The position numbers and the translations under genes are program-made. A model generated the notes under the pieces. It made no database searches and was not told the origin of the DNA. It saw only the letters and a list, made by a program, of their open reading frames with translations. This document shows, one piece after another, positions 15,000-32,339 of a DNA stretch of 64,000 nt; position 1 is the stretch's first letter; each line of letters opens with the position of its first letter. Source of the stretch: the human T2T-CHM13v2.0 reference genome, Homo sapiens; assembly GCF_009914755.1 (NCBI RefSeq), contig NC_060935.1, one strand, 5' to 3'.

Positions 15000-17900
15000 T
15001 CCATGTTGTTCACGTACTATGCTTTCTTTATCCAGTCCACCACTGATGAGCATCTATAATAGGTTGACTTAATTTCTTTGCTATTGTGAACAGTGCTATG
15101 ATGAACATAAGCTTATATGTGTTGTTTTGGTAAAATAATTTATATTCCTTTGGGTATATACTCAATAATGGGATGGCTGGATTGAATGGTAGCTCTGTTT
15201 TAAATTATTTGAGAAGTTTCCAAACTGCTTTCCACAATGGTTGAGCTAATTTTCATTCCCATGAGCAGTGTATAAACATTCCCTTTTCTCCACAGCCATG
15301 AACATCTGTTATTTTCTGACTTTTTAATAATGGCCATTCTGAGTTGTGTGAGATGGTATCTCATTGTGGTTTTGATTTGCATTTCTCTAATGGTTAGTGA
15401 CATTAAGCATGTTTTATATGCTGGTTGGCTGCATGTATGTCTTCTTTTGAGACATGTCTGTTCATATCCTTTGTGCATGTTTTAATGGAGGTGTTTATTT
15501 TTTGCTTGTTGATTTGTGTAAGTTCCTTATAGATGCTGGATATTAACCGTTTGACAGATGCATAGTTTGCAAATATTTTCTGTCATTCTGTAGGTTTTCT
15601 GTTTACTCTGTTGATAGTTTCTTTTGCTATGCAGAAGATCTTTAGTTTAATTAGGTCCTACTTTTCTATTTTTGTTTTTGTGGTAATTGTCTTTGGAGAC
15701 TTCATCATGAAATCTTTGCCCAGGCCTATGGTCACAATAGTATTTTCTAGGATTTCTTATAGTTATTTAAAAAGAGTTTTGGGTTTCACATTTAAGTCTT
15801 TAATCCATCTTGAACTTATTTTTATGTATGGTGAAATGTAGGGGTGTAGGTATTATCTTCTGCATATGGCTAGCCAGGTATCCCAGCACCATTTATTGAA
15901 CACAGGGCCTTTGTCGATTTTGCTAATGATCAGATGGTTGTAGGTATGCAGTTGTATTTCTGGGTTCTCTAACCTGTTCAACTGAATTATGTGTCTGTTT
16001 TTGTGCCAGTACCATGCTATTTTGATTACTAGAGACTTGCAGTAGAGTTTGAAGTTGGTTAGTCTTATGTCCCCAGTTTTGTTCCTTTTGCTTAGGATTG
16101 CTTTTCTATTTGGGTTTTTTTTGTTGTTGTTGTTACACATGAATTTTAGGATCTTTTTTTTTTCTAATTACATGTCTTACAAGGATCCTTAATGGAGTGC
16201 TGCATATGGAAACAAGACTGTTACTTGGCCCCACAAAAATATATGTTAAGTACATAGCCCATTGACACTATAAAGCAACTATAAAATTAAGTCTACACAA
16301 TCAGTTAACAACATGATGACAGGATCAAATCTTTACATCACCATATTAACTTTTAATGTAAATTGGTTAAATGCCCCATGTGAAAGGCACAGAGGGACAA
16401 GTTGGATAGATAAGCAAGACCCAACTGTATGTTGTCTTCAAGAGACACATCTCAAAACTGATGACACCTACAGACTCAAAGTAAAGGGATAGGGAAAGCT
16501 CTATCAAGAAAACATAAAATGAAAAAGAGTACGAGTTGCTATTTTTATTACAAACAAAACAGACTTTAAACCAGCAATGATCAAAAAGGAAAAGAAGGGC
16601 ATTAAATAATGGTGAAGAGTTCAATTCAACAAGAAGATTTAACTATCCTAAATATATATGCTCACAACAGCAGAGGACCCAGATTCATAAAACAAGTTAC
16701 TTGATACCTATGACGAACTTAGGTAACCACACAATTATAGTGAAGGATTTTGAAAAACCACTGATAGTAGTAGACAGATCATTATGGCATAAACCTAACA
16801 AAGATATTTGGGATCTATATTCCACACTTGACCAAATGAACCTAACAGACATCTACAGAATACTCCACCCAGCAACAGAATATGCATTCTTCCCATCTGC
16901 ACCTGGCACATACTCTAAAATCAACCACATACTTGGTCATAAAGCGATTCTCTACTAATTCAAAAACCTGACATACGCCAACCATGCTTTCAGACACAGA
17001 GTGATAAAATAAAACTCAATAACAATAAGATCTCTGAAAACTATACAATTATATGGAAATTAAACAATCTGCTCCCAAATGAGTTTTGGGTAATCAATGA
17101 AATTAAGGCAGGAATCAAGAAAATTTTTAAAACTAATGAAAACAAAGATACAACCCACCAGAGTCTCTGGGACTCACTAGAGCAGTGTTAAAAGAAAAGT
17201 TGACAGCAGTAAATACCCACATCAACAAGTTAGAAGATCTCAAATTAACAACCTAACAGCACACCTAGAGAAATTAGAAAAATGAGTGCAAGCCAATCTC
17301 AGAGCTAGCAGTTGAAAAGAAATCCATAAAAACAGGACTGAAGTGAACAAATTTGAGATGTGAAAAAACATACAAAAGCTCAATGAAAACTAGTTTGTTC
17401 TTTGAAAGAATGAATAAGATTGACAGACCACTAGCTAGACTAATCAAAAAGAGAGAAGATCCAAATAAAAGCAATCAGAAATGAGAAAGGGGATACTACA
17501 ACCAGCCCCATAGAAATGCAAAAACTAAAAGAACCCTAAGAGACTATTATGAACACCTCTATGCACACAAACTAGAAAACTTAGAATAAATTAATAAATT
17601 CCTGGAAACATATAATCTCCCAAGACTAAACTGGGAAGAAATTGAAACCCTGAACAGACCAATTACAGGTACCAGAATTGAATCAGTAATAAAATTCCTA
17701 CCAAGAAGCAGAATCCCAGCATCAGATGGATTCCCAGCTGAATTCCACCAGAAGTATAAAGAGAACCTGGTACCAATCCTCCTGAGATTATTCAAAAAAA
17801 AAAAAATAAATAGAGGAGGAAGGACTCTTCTCTAACTCCTTCTATGTGGCCAGCATTATTCTGATATCCAAACCTGGCAGAGAAACAACAACAACAACAA

Positions 17901-18688
17901 AGAATACTACAGGCCAATATCTCTGATGAGCATCAAAGGAAAAATCCTCAACCAAATACTAGCAAACTGAATCTAACAGCACTCAAAAAGATAATCCACT
18001 ATGATCAAGCAGGCTTTATTCCTGGGATAAAAAGTTGGTTCAACACACAAAAATCAATAAATGTGATTCATCCCACAAACAGAACTCAAAACAGAAAAAT
18101 CACATAATCATTCCAATGGATGCAAAAAGGTCTACCAATAAAAATTCAACATCCGTTTACATTAAAAACCCTTAAAAAAGTAGGCATTGAAGGAACATAC
18201 CTCAAAATAATAAGATTAATCTTTGACAAACCCACAGCCAATGTCATACTGAATGTGAGAAAGCTGAAATCATTCCCTCTGAGAACTGGGATAAGACGAA
18301 GATGCCTACTCTCAACACTCCTATTTAACAGAGTAATCGAAGGCCTAGCTATTGCAGTCAAGTGGGAGAAAGAAAGTAAAGGCACCAAATAGGAAGTGAG
18401 GAAGTTAAATTATCTCTCCTCACAGGCAATATAATTGTATACCTAGAAAACTCCATAGTCATTATCTAAAAGATTGTAGAACTGATAAATAATTTTAGTA
18501 AAATTTTAGGGTACAAAAATCAATGTACAAAAATCAGTAGCATTTTATATACCAATAATGTCCAAGCTGAGAACCAAATCAAGAATGTAATCCCATTCAC
18601 ACTAGCCAGAAACCGAATAAAATACCTATGAAGGCAGCTAACAAAGGTGAAAGGTCTCTACAATGAGAATTAGAAAACATTGTGGGAA
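15000..18688 (-). mobile_element. Old L1 (L1PA13-16/L1PB-like) with twin-priming inversion: minus segment ~15000-16165, inverted plus segment ~16170-18688
   Basis: Plus segment runs from the ORF1 end through ORF2 to the NYKTL region; minus segment resumes about 50 codons later at the ELEK region; 3'UTR and polyA absent. Confidence 0.8.
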
Positions 18689-19812
18689 GATTTATTATTT
18701 CCCTAGGTAAAGGAAGCTCTAATGTCTTTCATTTGCATTTTCCCACCGTTATAGCCCTCACTCCACAGTTTAGGAAACTAATGTGAGGATGTGACAACTC
18801 TGACATATGTTTAACTAAATATCCATTCTGGAACTGGAGAAATAACCACAGGGTGGTTCCTGGGGCCCACTGGAGCCATTGTAAGTCAGACCTGAGCTAA
18901 AATCGCCTGACCTCTGTAATCCCCTAACCTGACCAGAGAGTCACAGTGACATTTCTGGTTTCCTGAAATCAATGTCAGATTAGAGCAGGTGTCCAGTAAT
19001 ACCCAGAAGGTCTTTTTTTTATCCTCCTTTTCCCCAGTGCATAGTTATTCTGGTAAAAGGCCATGGGTCCCTTTGGGGAAGGCTTGGGAAGAAGATTAGC
19101 AGTATAAATAGTTAGTTTACTGGGGTCCTTCTTGGAAAAAATCTGGCCTCCCATTCATTCAAGGGGTTCTGGGTCTGTAAACTAGCTCAAGTCCAGGAAT
19201 CGATTGAGGGGCCGTGATTCCCTGTTTTTATTATTTGAGTTAGATTTTTGCCCACTGAACTTTCAAGTTTTCTGCTTTTACAAATCAAGCAGGAATTTAG
19301 CAGGCTTCCTATCTATTTCACTTCCAGCAACACCATGGTTAACTAGCCAAAGCCACAGGTCAACACAAAGCACACAATTCTGATTGTTGCTTTGTCTCTG
19401 CTGTCTATTATGGTAACTACATCAACCTTGCCTTTGGTAGCTTTGTGCTGCCACTTGACCCTGCTACCCTGGAATACAATTATTCTCATTGCATTTCTGT
19501 TTTCCAATGGAATGGCTGTGATTCTCACTGTAAAATCTGGCCTGCAGAGAAGAGCAATCATGAAGCTTTTCAAGGATCCTGGGACTCTTCTCAAATATTG
19601 CATTTTTTTTATCTTTGTTTATTTTTAATTTTTGTGGGTGCATATACGTTGAATTTCTTGAAACTTAACCCAAAGGAGATCAGGGACCTCCCACTCACTC
19701 CAGGTGGGCCATTTTTTGGTCTGTGTTTCAGCCAACTAAACAATTAGACTTTTGCCCACTGAACTTGGAAGTGTTTCAAGGGAAACTTGGAAAAAGAGGG
19801 AGCTCCCTTTTT

Positions 19813-22704
<2,892 letters not shown>

Positions 22705-23769
22705 GGGAGCTCTCTTTTTAACAAACTCTTCAACCTGTAACATTGAATATCTGTTGAGTGAGCCCATATCAATAAATTTAGCCAGAATAAAATTTATGAT
22801 CCTTCCACCATTATTCCACACTATTAGTATCTGTTCCCACCCTTGTTTCCTAGATTTCTGTTGTATAAATCAGAGAACTCAAGCAGTTCTTTTGCAGTGG
22901 AGTGCACCTCCTCATGTGTCAAACTTTGTATCTCACCTTAGTGGTCTGCTGGGACTTGAGTCTATTTATGCTATAGAAGCAAAGAAGGTTGATGAAATGA
23001 ATCCTAAGAAGAATTAGCATTGTCTTGCTCAGCAACTACCTCGGAAGAGGCCATTAGAGTTTCCTCAGGCAATGCAGATTTAATCACCTTGGGAAGGGAG
23101 ATACCACTATGGGTGAGGAGGCTACCACCACTAGGGTGTGGGGAGGTCACTAAAACTGGAAAGCAAGACTCACAATGTAGGAGTTTAATATCTGCATCTT
23201 TGCCAGGATTTTCCCACACATCCCTATTCTAACTGACAGGATCTGATTCCCTCCAAACCAATGCCCTCTCTTTGATATTAGACATCTTTCAATGCTGAGA
23301 ATTGAACTCTCCTTATAAGTCAGTCAATCAAATGATGAGAACTTTTCTTGATTTTCAGCAATTTCAGCTTTGTGGCTACAGGAGAGATTTTCCTTCAGGA
23401 TGTATTTAGAAGCTCTTAAGCTATTTATGTAGAGCTAAAGCCAGGAATTCAAAACCCTGAGCTCATCCACTTCTTTCCTCCCTTTGTCTAGCAGTAACAA
23501 ACCAATGTCTTTATATTCCTTATTTTTCCACAAATGTATGAAAGTATCATACATGAAGTTACCAAGTTCCTTGACTCTTAAAAGGAGTTGATTAGAAGTA
23601 TGCAATGCAGATATTTTCCATATCTCTGTGAACAATTCATGACATGGATTGTCAGTGCTCTCTGTGCTATTGGAAGTAGAGTCCTTAGCATTTTTATGCC
23701 TCATTAGAGAGTCAATTCCACAAACCTCAAAATTAACTGGTTAAACTCATCCTTAAAATTCTGTTTCTC

Positions 23770-25022
23770 CAAGCAATAGGGAAAGGGCTATTTAATAAAT
23801 GGTGCTGGGATAACTGGCTAACCATATGCAGAAGACTGAAACTGGACCTTTATCTTTCACCATATACAAGAATCAACTAAAGATGGGTTAAGGATTTAAA
23901 TGTAAAACGTAAAACTATAAAAACCCTAGAAAAAAACCTAGGAAATACCATTCTGACATAGGCCCTGGTGAAGATTTCATGACAAGGATTCCAAAAACAA
24001 TTGCAACAAAACCAAAATTGACAAGTGACACCTAATTAATCTAAAGAGCTTCTGTAGAGCAAAGAAAGTTATCAACAGAGTAACCCTACAGAACGGGAAA
24101 AAATATTTGCAAACTATGCATCTCACAAAAGCCTAATAACCAGAATTACAAGGAACTTAAACAAATTAACAAACAAAAAAATAACTCTATAAAAAATAGG
24201 CAAAACTTGTGAACAGACACGTCTCAGAAGAAGACATACACACAGTCAACAAACATGAAAAACTGCTCATCACTAACCATTAAAGAAATGCAAATCAAAA
24301 CCACATTGAGGTTCCATCACTCACCAATCAGAATTTCTATTATTAAAAAGTCAGAAAATAACATGATGGTGAGGCTGTGGAGAAAAGGGAATGTTTATAC
24401 CCTGCTGCTGAGAATGTAAAGTAATTCAGTCATTGTGAAAAGCAGTTTGGAGATTTCTCAAATAATTTAAAACAGGAATTCCATTTGAGGTAGAAATCCC
24501 TTTACTGGGAATATACCCAAAGGGGTCATTCTACCATAAAAGGACATGCCAGCGTATGTTCATGGCAACATTTTTCACCATAGCAAAGACATGTATTCAA
24601 TCTAGATGCCCATCAACAGTGGACTAATTCAAGAAAATGTGGTACATGTAGACCATGGAATACTACACAGCCATAAAAAAGAATCAAATCTTGTCATTTG
24701 TAGCAACATGCTTGGAGTTGGGGGCCATTGTCTCAAGGGAAATAAATTAGGAATAGAAAACCAAATGCTACCTGTTCTCACTTATAGGTGGAAGCTAAAC
24801 ATTGAGTATACATTCACACAAAGTAGAAAATAGACACTGGGGTGTACTGGAGGGAGAGGCTGGGAGGAGGGTAAGGATGGAAAAAGTACCCATCAGGTAC
24901 TATGCTCATGACCAGGGTGATGAAGTAATCTGTACACCAACCCCTGTGACGTGAAATTTACCCATGTAAGAAACTTGCACATATACTCTCTGAACTTAAA
25001 GTAAAAGATGGAAAGAAAAAAA
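23770..25022 (+). mobile_element. L1PA15/16-like 3' fragment inserted into the ERVL leader
   Basis: ORF2 end plus old L1PA 3'UTR; TGTTTCTC repeated at 23762-23769 and 25029-25036, with ERVL sequence continuing across it. Confidence 0.8.
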
Positions 25023-25061
25023 TATATATGTTTCTCTACAGCCATTCTTAGCACACAAATC

Positions 25062-25612
25062 TGTATTAGTCAAGGTTTTTCAGAGAGACTTATCAATGGA
25101 ATATATGTAAAGATAGGTACATGAGGAGAGCTTTATTAGGGGAATTGATTTACATAATTACAGAGGCTGAAAAGTCCCACAGTAGGCTGTCTGCAAGCTG
25201 GAGAACCAGGAAAACCAGGAACATGGCTCAGCCAAAGTCCAAAGGTTGCAGAATCAGGGAAGACAGAGGCCTGATAACCCAGAGCTGGGAGGGTGTCTCT
25301 GGTGTCAACCCCAGAGTCCAAAGGCTGGAGAACCAGGAGTTCTGATGTCCAGGGCCTGGAAAAAAGGATGCCCCCAAATCCAGGAGAGAAAGTGTAAATT
25401 TGCCTTTCCTCTGCCTTTTTGTTCTGTTCAGGCACCCAGCTGATTAGATGGTGCCCACTCACATCTACTTTAGATCTTTCCCACTCAGTCCACTGACTCA
25501 CAGTCTTATCTACTTGGTAATACCCTCGCAGACATACTAAAAAATGATGCTTTATCAATTACCTAAGTATCCTTTAATCTGGTTAAATTAACATATACAA
25601 TTAACCACCACA
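25062..25612 (-). mobile_element. MLT2 (MLT2B-like) 5' LTR of the older ERVL
   Basis: Minus strand begins TGTGGTGGTTAAT and ends GACTAATACA, followed by GATTT as in ERVL leaders. Confidence 0.85.
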
Positions 25613-25717
25613 GCCTCATTCTATCAGTCCATGTTACTTGGCTGTATTGAGCCCTACTATTACAGAATAAAGCTATATAATTACAAACAACCATAGATGT
25701 ATCTGTGTTATTTGGGC

Positions 25718-25770
25718 TTTTTTTTTTTTTTTTTTTTTTTTGAGATGGTGTTTCGCCATGTTGCCTAGGG
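25718..25770 (-). mobile_element. Very short Alu-monomer/7SL-derived 3' fragment with 24-nt tail
   Basis: Minus strand CCTAGGCAACATGGCGAAACACCATCTC followed by A24. Confidence 0.6.
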
Positions 25771-25896
25771 TGGCATTTGCTGTTAAAATGTGTTGTCTGT
25801 TCTTTTTGACTAATGCTCACCAAATACAGCATTTCAGATGATTCTTACACAGACTTACATAATTTGGGCATAATGATTTTATGATTTGTAAGATAA

Positions 25897-26226
<330 letters not shown>

Positions 26227-28336
26227 TATTCACATTTGTATGCTGTTTATAATCATTACGTTTCCCAGCTTCCAGCTTCTGTTGTTATAAACCTTCTGTT
26301 TCCATGCCCTCTGTGTATTCTTTTTTTTTTTTAATCTTTCTGCTTCTTTAGCCAGTATATTAAGAAATCTGACATACTCTCAACATAGCATAGCTAATAA
26401 TATGCATTTTATTTACTTTGTATTTGTTTTACAACATACAGTTACAATGATTATACAATTTCAAGAGACTGAGAATTTGAAGCCTGATTGGGAAATTTAG
26501 CATTTTCGACATATTATCAGATCGATTTATTGCTTACAAAGTTTAATTAATATCCATCACCCCTTGTTTTAGTAACAAATATGAGAGTAATAATTTTTGT
26601 TAAATTGCTGAAATATTCCAAGGACTCTTCTGAGGTTTAGAGATAGTGCATGGATATTGGCAACTTTTCATAGCAGCATTAAATCACACAATTTAAAGAG
26701 AATTGTAGAGATAGTAAATATCACATTTTCAACCAAAGCTGTAAATTGTATCTAAGTTCATAAACAAATTTCTGCATTTCTGCTTTTTGATGTCATACAT
26801 TGTGTTTGATTCTATATATTTGTTTCTGTATATTATCAATAAAATGAATATATCTTTGTGTTTTCCTTTTCTACAGATTAAATATTCTCACATCAACTTA
26901 CCTACCTTGTGTTTGATTTTTTTCCATACACCTGACCATCTGTGTATTACCTTTTTGACATAACTTTGCTTATCTCTATCTTTTGAAATATATTGACAAT
27001 GAATTAACATAGTATTTTTATTTTATTTCCCCAGTGTGAATTCAGAGATTGTTACTTCATTTAATTACTATTTTTAAAGTCTATGACATCTCATGTATTA
27101 AACACCCATGAAAATGATGTGTTTACTAGTTTTTATTTATCAAGCCAAATTGAAAAATATGTTTACATAGTAATAGCAAAACATGTTATACATTTACTGC
27201 CTTAACACAAGACTCTATCTACTAATATCCTTTTGTTTGTTTATTTTATATAGATACATGTTAATTCTTGAATTTGGAGGCTTTCATATTTTTCCAACTT
27301 GTTTGCTTACGTTTTCAGTTCTGTGACATTTTGATTTTGTAAACTAGTCTCTATTTGGCTTCACTTAATCACTGATAAGGGTATTGACCAAACTACTAAA
27401 ACCTGACGACATATATTTCAAACTGCTCTCATTAATTTTAAAGAATAAATAAATTACTCGAAAACCGTGGAACAAGACAAAACATTTATATCTGTATATT
27501 TTTGGAATGTGGTAACATTAAACATTCAAGCAAAAGCAAACACTAGGAAACTTACAAGATCATAAATAAAAGAGATAGTACAGTAAAGAGACAAAAAGAA
27601 ATCCTTATTAAGTTCATAAGAAAGTATTAAGCAAACACTGTCAGATTCCAAAGAAGGAAGAGAATTAGAAAATCAGATCCAATATAATAATTAGGAGTTT
27701 TAAAATACTTTTACAAGTTAAATTTATTTTAGGTTAAATAAAATTTTAAAATACACTCCAAACCTTTTTATATAAATGCATTGAACTACTTTTAGGATTC
27801 AAATGGTCTGTTTTAGGCCAACTCAGTTTGGCTGCAAGAAAATATGATTGTTTTTATGAAATTCACCTGAATGACCTCTTTATGATAGTCTATAATGTAT
27901 GCTGTGTCCACATCTCAGATGATGAGAACGTCACCACTTCTATCTGGTATAATTTCAGCAGCAAAGGCAAAGACCATGAAAATTTTTCCTTCAGATACTC
28001 CAGATAAGTATGGCTGTCTCTTTAGGAAGGCCTGGTTCTCGTTCAGTTTCCTCTGCATGTCTACTATGCCAACTCCCTATCTCCCTATTAATAATGCTTA
28101 GCTGTAATATTAATATTGACTTCAATTTACTTTTATTTTATTCTAACTAATAACAGTTTCTGTATACAGAAAATTGATGAAAGTATTTAAAGAAAGTGTC
28201 AGATTTATTCAGTGACCATTAATCTACCTCTTTTGAAAGTATACACTGATTAAACTCTGTAACACCTAAATGTGTCTGCCTGTGGCTTGTGGTTTGTGTG
28301 TATGTGTTAATCTAGAAGAGAGAAAGGAAGAATAGG

Positions 28337-28681
28337 GTGGCTCAGCTCACTCGGGCTACAATAATAAAATACCTTAGGCTGGGTAATTTATAAGTAACAG
28401 AAATTTATTGCTCACAGTTTTGAAGGCTGGGGAATTCCAGGATCAAAGAACCAGCAGATTTGGTGGTTGACGTCTTGTTCTCTGTTTCAAAGGTGGTGTC
28501 TCTTTGCTGTTTCCTGACATAGCAGAAGGGGCAAACAGCTCTCTCACACTACTTTTGTAAGGTCACTAATTCCACTCATGAGGGCTTCATCCTCATGATA
28601 AAATCACATCCTAAAGACGCTATCACATTGGTGATCAAGTTTCAACGTATAAATTTTGAGGGGAACATTCAGGCCTTAGCA
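28337..28681 (-). mobile_element. MaLR solo LTR (MSTC/MSTD/MLT1A-like)
   Basis: AAATACCTTAGGCTGGGTAATTTATAAG...ATTTATTGCTCACAGTT...ACATTCAGGCCTTAGCA; absent from the paralogous OR5F1 flank at ~7295. Confidence 0.8.
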
Positions 28682-29347
28682 GAGGGGCTAAAAAACCTTG
28701 TGAGTAATAAATGAGAATGGAAAAAGAGCTGTAATTGATGCATTCTGATAGGACAGTAGCTTTTCTAATAGCTTATTTCTGTACGAATTAACATGAATAC
28801 TTTAATGAATATAGGTTTGTATGGAAGGGGAGAGACATAAAAGGTGGATAAATCAGTGTCTGTTAACACTATAGTCTTAAAATTTGATTTAGGCAACCCT
28901 CCAAGTAAAAATTTGACCACCTAAAAAGGGAATTATATTTTAATTCAAAATATTTCTATTGTATGTGATATTTAACCATCTGTTACAGATAATAAATGAG
29001 GAAAATACAAACAATGGATAATCAAAAATATTGTATATAGATAGTATCATGTGGCATTGTGGCTTTGGTTTCTAAACACTTAATCCTTTTCTTCTTGTAG
29101 TCAAGGTAAAATTAAAATAAGCCCCTAACTATGAGAACTCAGTGAAGATTTAGAATGATTATAAAGTAAAGGCCCCTTGGTCTTTTATCATTTTGGGTAA
29201 TTTGCTTTATCCCTAACTGCATACAAATATTTGAGTATTGGCAGAATGTGTTTAATGAGAAAATATTCTAACAAAAATTGTAGGCATGAACTAGACTTTG
29301 AAAGTAACTAAAATATGCTCTTTAGCTCAGATTTTTAGGCAAAAAAA

Positions 29348-30291
29348 TCACAGAAATGAAGGGATCCTTTTCCTGCTAATTACATTCGCTAAAGCCTTCT
29401 TTACTTCCTTATTCCTGAGGCTGTAGATCAGAGGATTCAATATGGGGATCACCACTGTGTAGAACACAGAAACCACTTTGTCCTGATCAGGGAGTAGCTG
29501 GAACTAGGTCTCAGGTAAGTATAGATGGAGGTGGTGTAGAAGAGGATTATGGCTGTCAGGTGAGAGGCACACGTGGAGAAAGCTCTGTGCCTCCCCTCCC
29601 CTGAATGCATAGAAAAAATGGAGAAGAGAACGTAGGAATAGGAGGAGAGGATGACAAGCAGAGCCCCGACCGTATTCACACCAGCAAAAGTGGAAAATAT
29701 GCTTTCCTTCAAGTGTGTGTCAGAACAAGAAAGCTTAAAAAGTGGGGGACTGTTGCAGAAGAAGTGATGGATGACATTGGAGCCACAGAATGACAAGCTG
29801 CTGACATAGCTAGTGTTGACCATGGAGTTCAGCAACCCTGCAGCAAAAGCCCCGGCTGCCATTTTTAGGCAGACTGTCCTGGACATGATCAAGGAGTAAA
29901 GCAGCGGGCGACATATGGTCACATACCGGTCATAGGCCATTAACCCAAAGAGGATGCATTCGGTTGTCGCCAGGGCGATAAAGAAGTACATCTGTAGGAA
30001 GCAGCCAGCAAAAGAGATGGTTTTCTTCTCTGATAATAAATCTGCCAGCATCTTTGGGGTGATGGTGGTTGAGTAACAAATGTCCACAAAGGACAGGTTA
30101 ACCAGGAAGAAATACATGGGTGTGTGAAGCCGGGAATCGATCCTGATTAAGAGGATCATCCCGATATTTCCCAGTACGGTAAGTGTGTAAATCACAAGAA
30201 ATAACAGAAAGAGGATAATCTGTAGCTCCAGCGTGTCTGCTAATCCCAATAGGATGAACTCAGTCAGTGAGGTATAATTTTTTCTGGTCAT
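29348..30291 (-). pseudogene. OR5F2P: Olfactory receptor pseudogene, paralog of OR5F1
   Basis: About 95% identical to OR5F1 CDS; 1-bp deletion at ~29487 (codon ~269) shifts the frame, giving ...[14 protein letters not shown] and removing TM7/NPxIY. Confidence 0.88.
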
Positions 30292-31185
30292 TTGTGACAA
30301 ATATATTTTGTGCGAACTTTATATGAGATGAAAATGTTTCTCCCTTTGAAAGTTTATAGAAAAAAATAGAAATGTTAATAAGGATATTCACATATGGAAA
30401 AACCTAGGATAATATGGCATAGTAATTAAAGTGACTGAAGGATGATTAGAAGACAAATGGATGAGCATGTGAATTTAATAAACAATGGTCTCTATTGAAT
30501 TTGGGTTGTAGGTCTCTCAAATTTCTGATCTAAGTCTACATACTTCAGTTTCTGTAAATGTGCATACATTGTACTATTTTTTCTATACCAAACCCCATTC
30601 AAATCCCAAAGACTGACACATTAATGCTAAAATCACTCCTATTTTCTTTGCAGGTATGTGAGTTTAACTAAAATACATGTTTTTTCTTGCCTTTAAAACA
30701 GCTCTATACATTTAACTCCAAAATTTATACATTGCCACCTGCTGCAATAATAGTAATCATTTCAAATAACACACATTTTGACATCTATTATATCCTAAAG
30801 AAATAATGATATTTAATGTTTTAAAGTAATCCAAACAGTTATTTTAGTTACAAAGTACATTATCAAATTAATGCTATGTAGCAGAAAATGTACCTGTCCA
30901 CTGAAGTGAATAACAGCAAAAAATCTTTATAACTTCTGTCCCATGCAGAGTTTTACCAAAGTAGTCTATTATTTTCTTTTTAAACTGGGATTCTCACTTG
31001 CAGGTTAAAAAATATAAAAAAGAAACTTTATTTTTAAAAAGCAGTGTAAAGTTGAACTATGCACTGGAAAAATTTTAAGATTGAACCTTCTGATTAAATA
31101 CATGAAGCTGCATTTTTATTTTGTTTTCCTTCAAGCAGATTGGGTGATCTTGGCGACTAGATAGTAAGTATTAACTGAGGAGTCA

Positions 31186-31510
<325 letters not shown>

Positions 31511-31678
31511 TATTTAGCGCTTGTATCATAAGGTGATTTCTGACGTCTATGTAATTTTAAAGTCCCATTTAAAGTCAGTGAAAATGTTATGTATTGACCA
31601 TTTACATTGTTTCTTTCTCTGTAGTTTTAGCTTATTCCAATTGGATGCATAGCGTAACACCAAATTATTATTCTTCCC

Positions 31679-32339
<661 letters not shown>

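Noticed and set aside
30292-30300. MSQ N-terminal extension of the OR5F2P ORF
   Set aside because: The ORF caller used TTG; the ATG homologous to OR5F1 is at 30291
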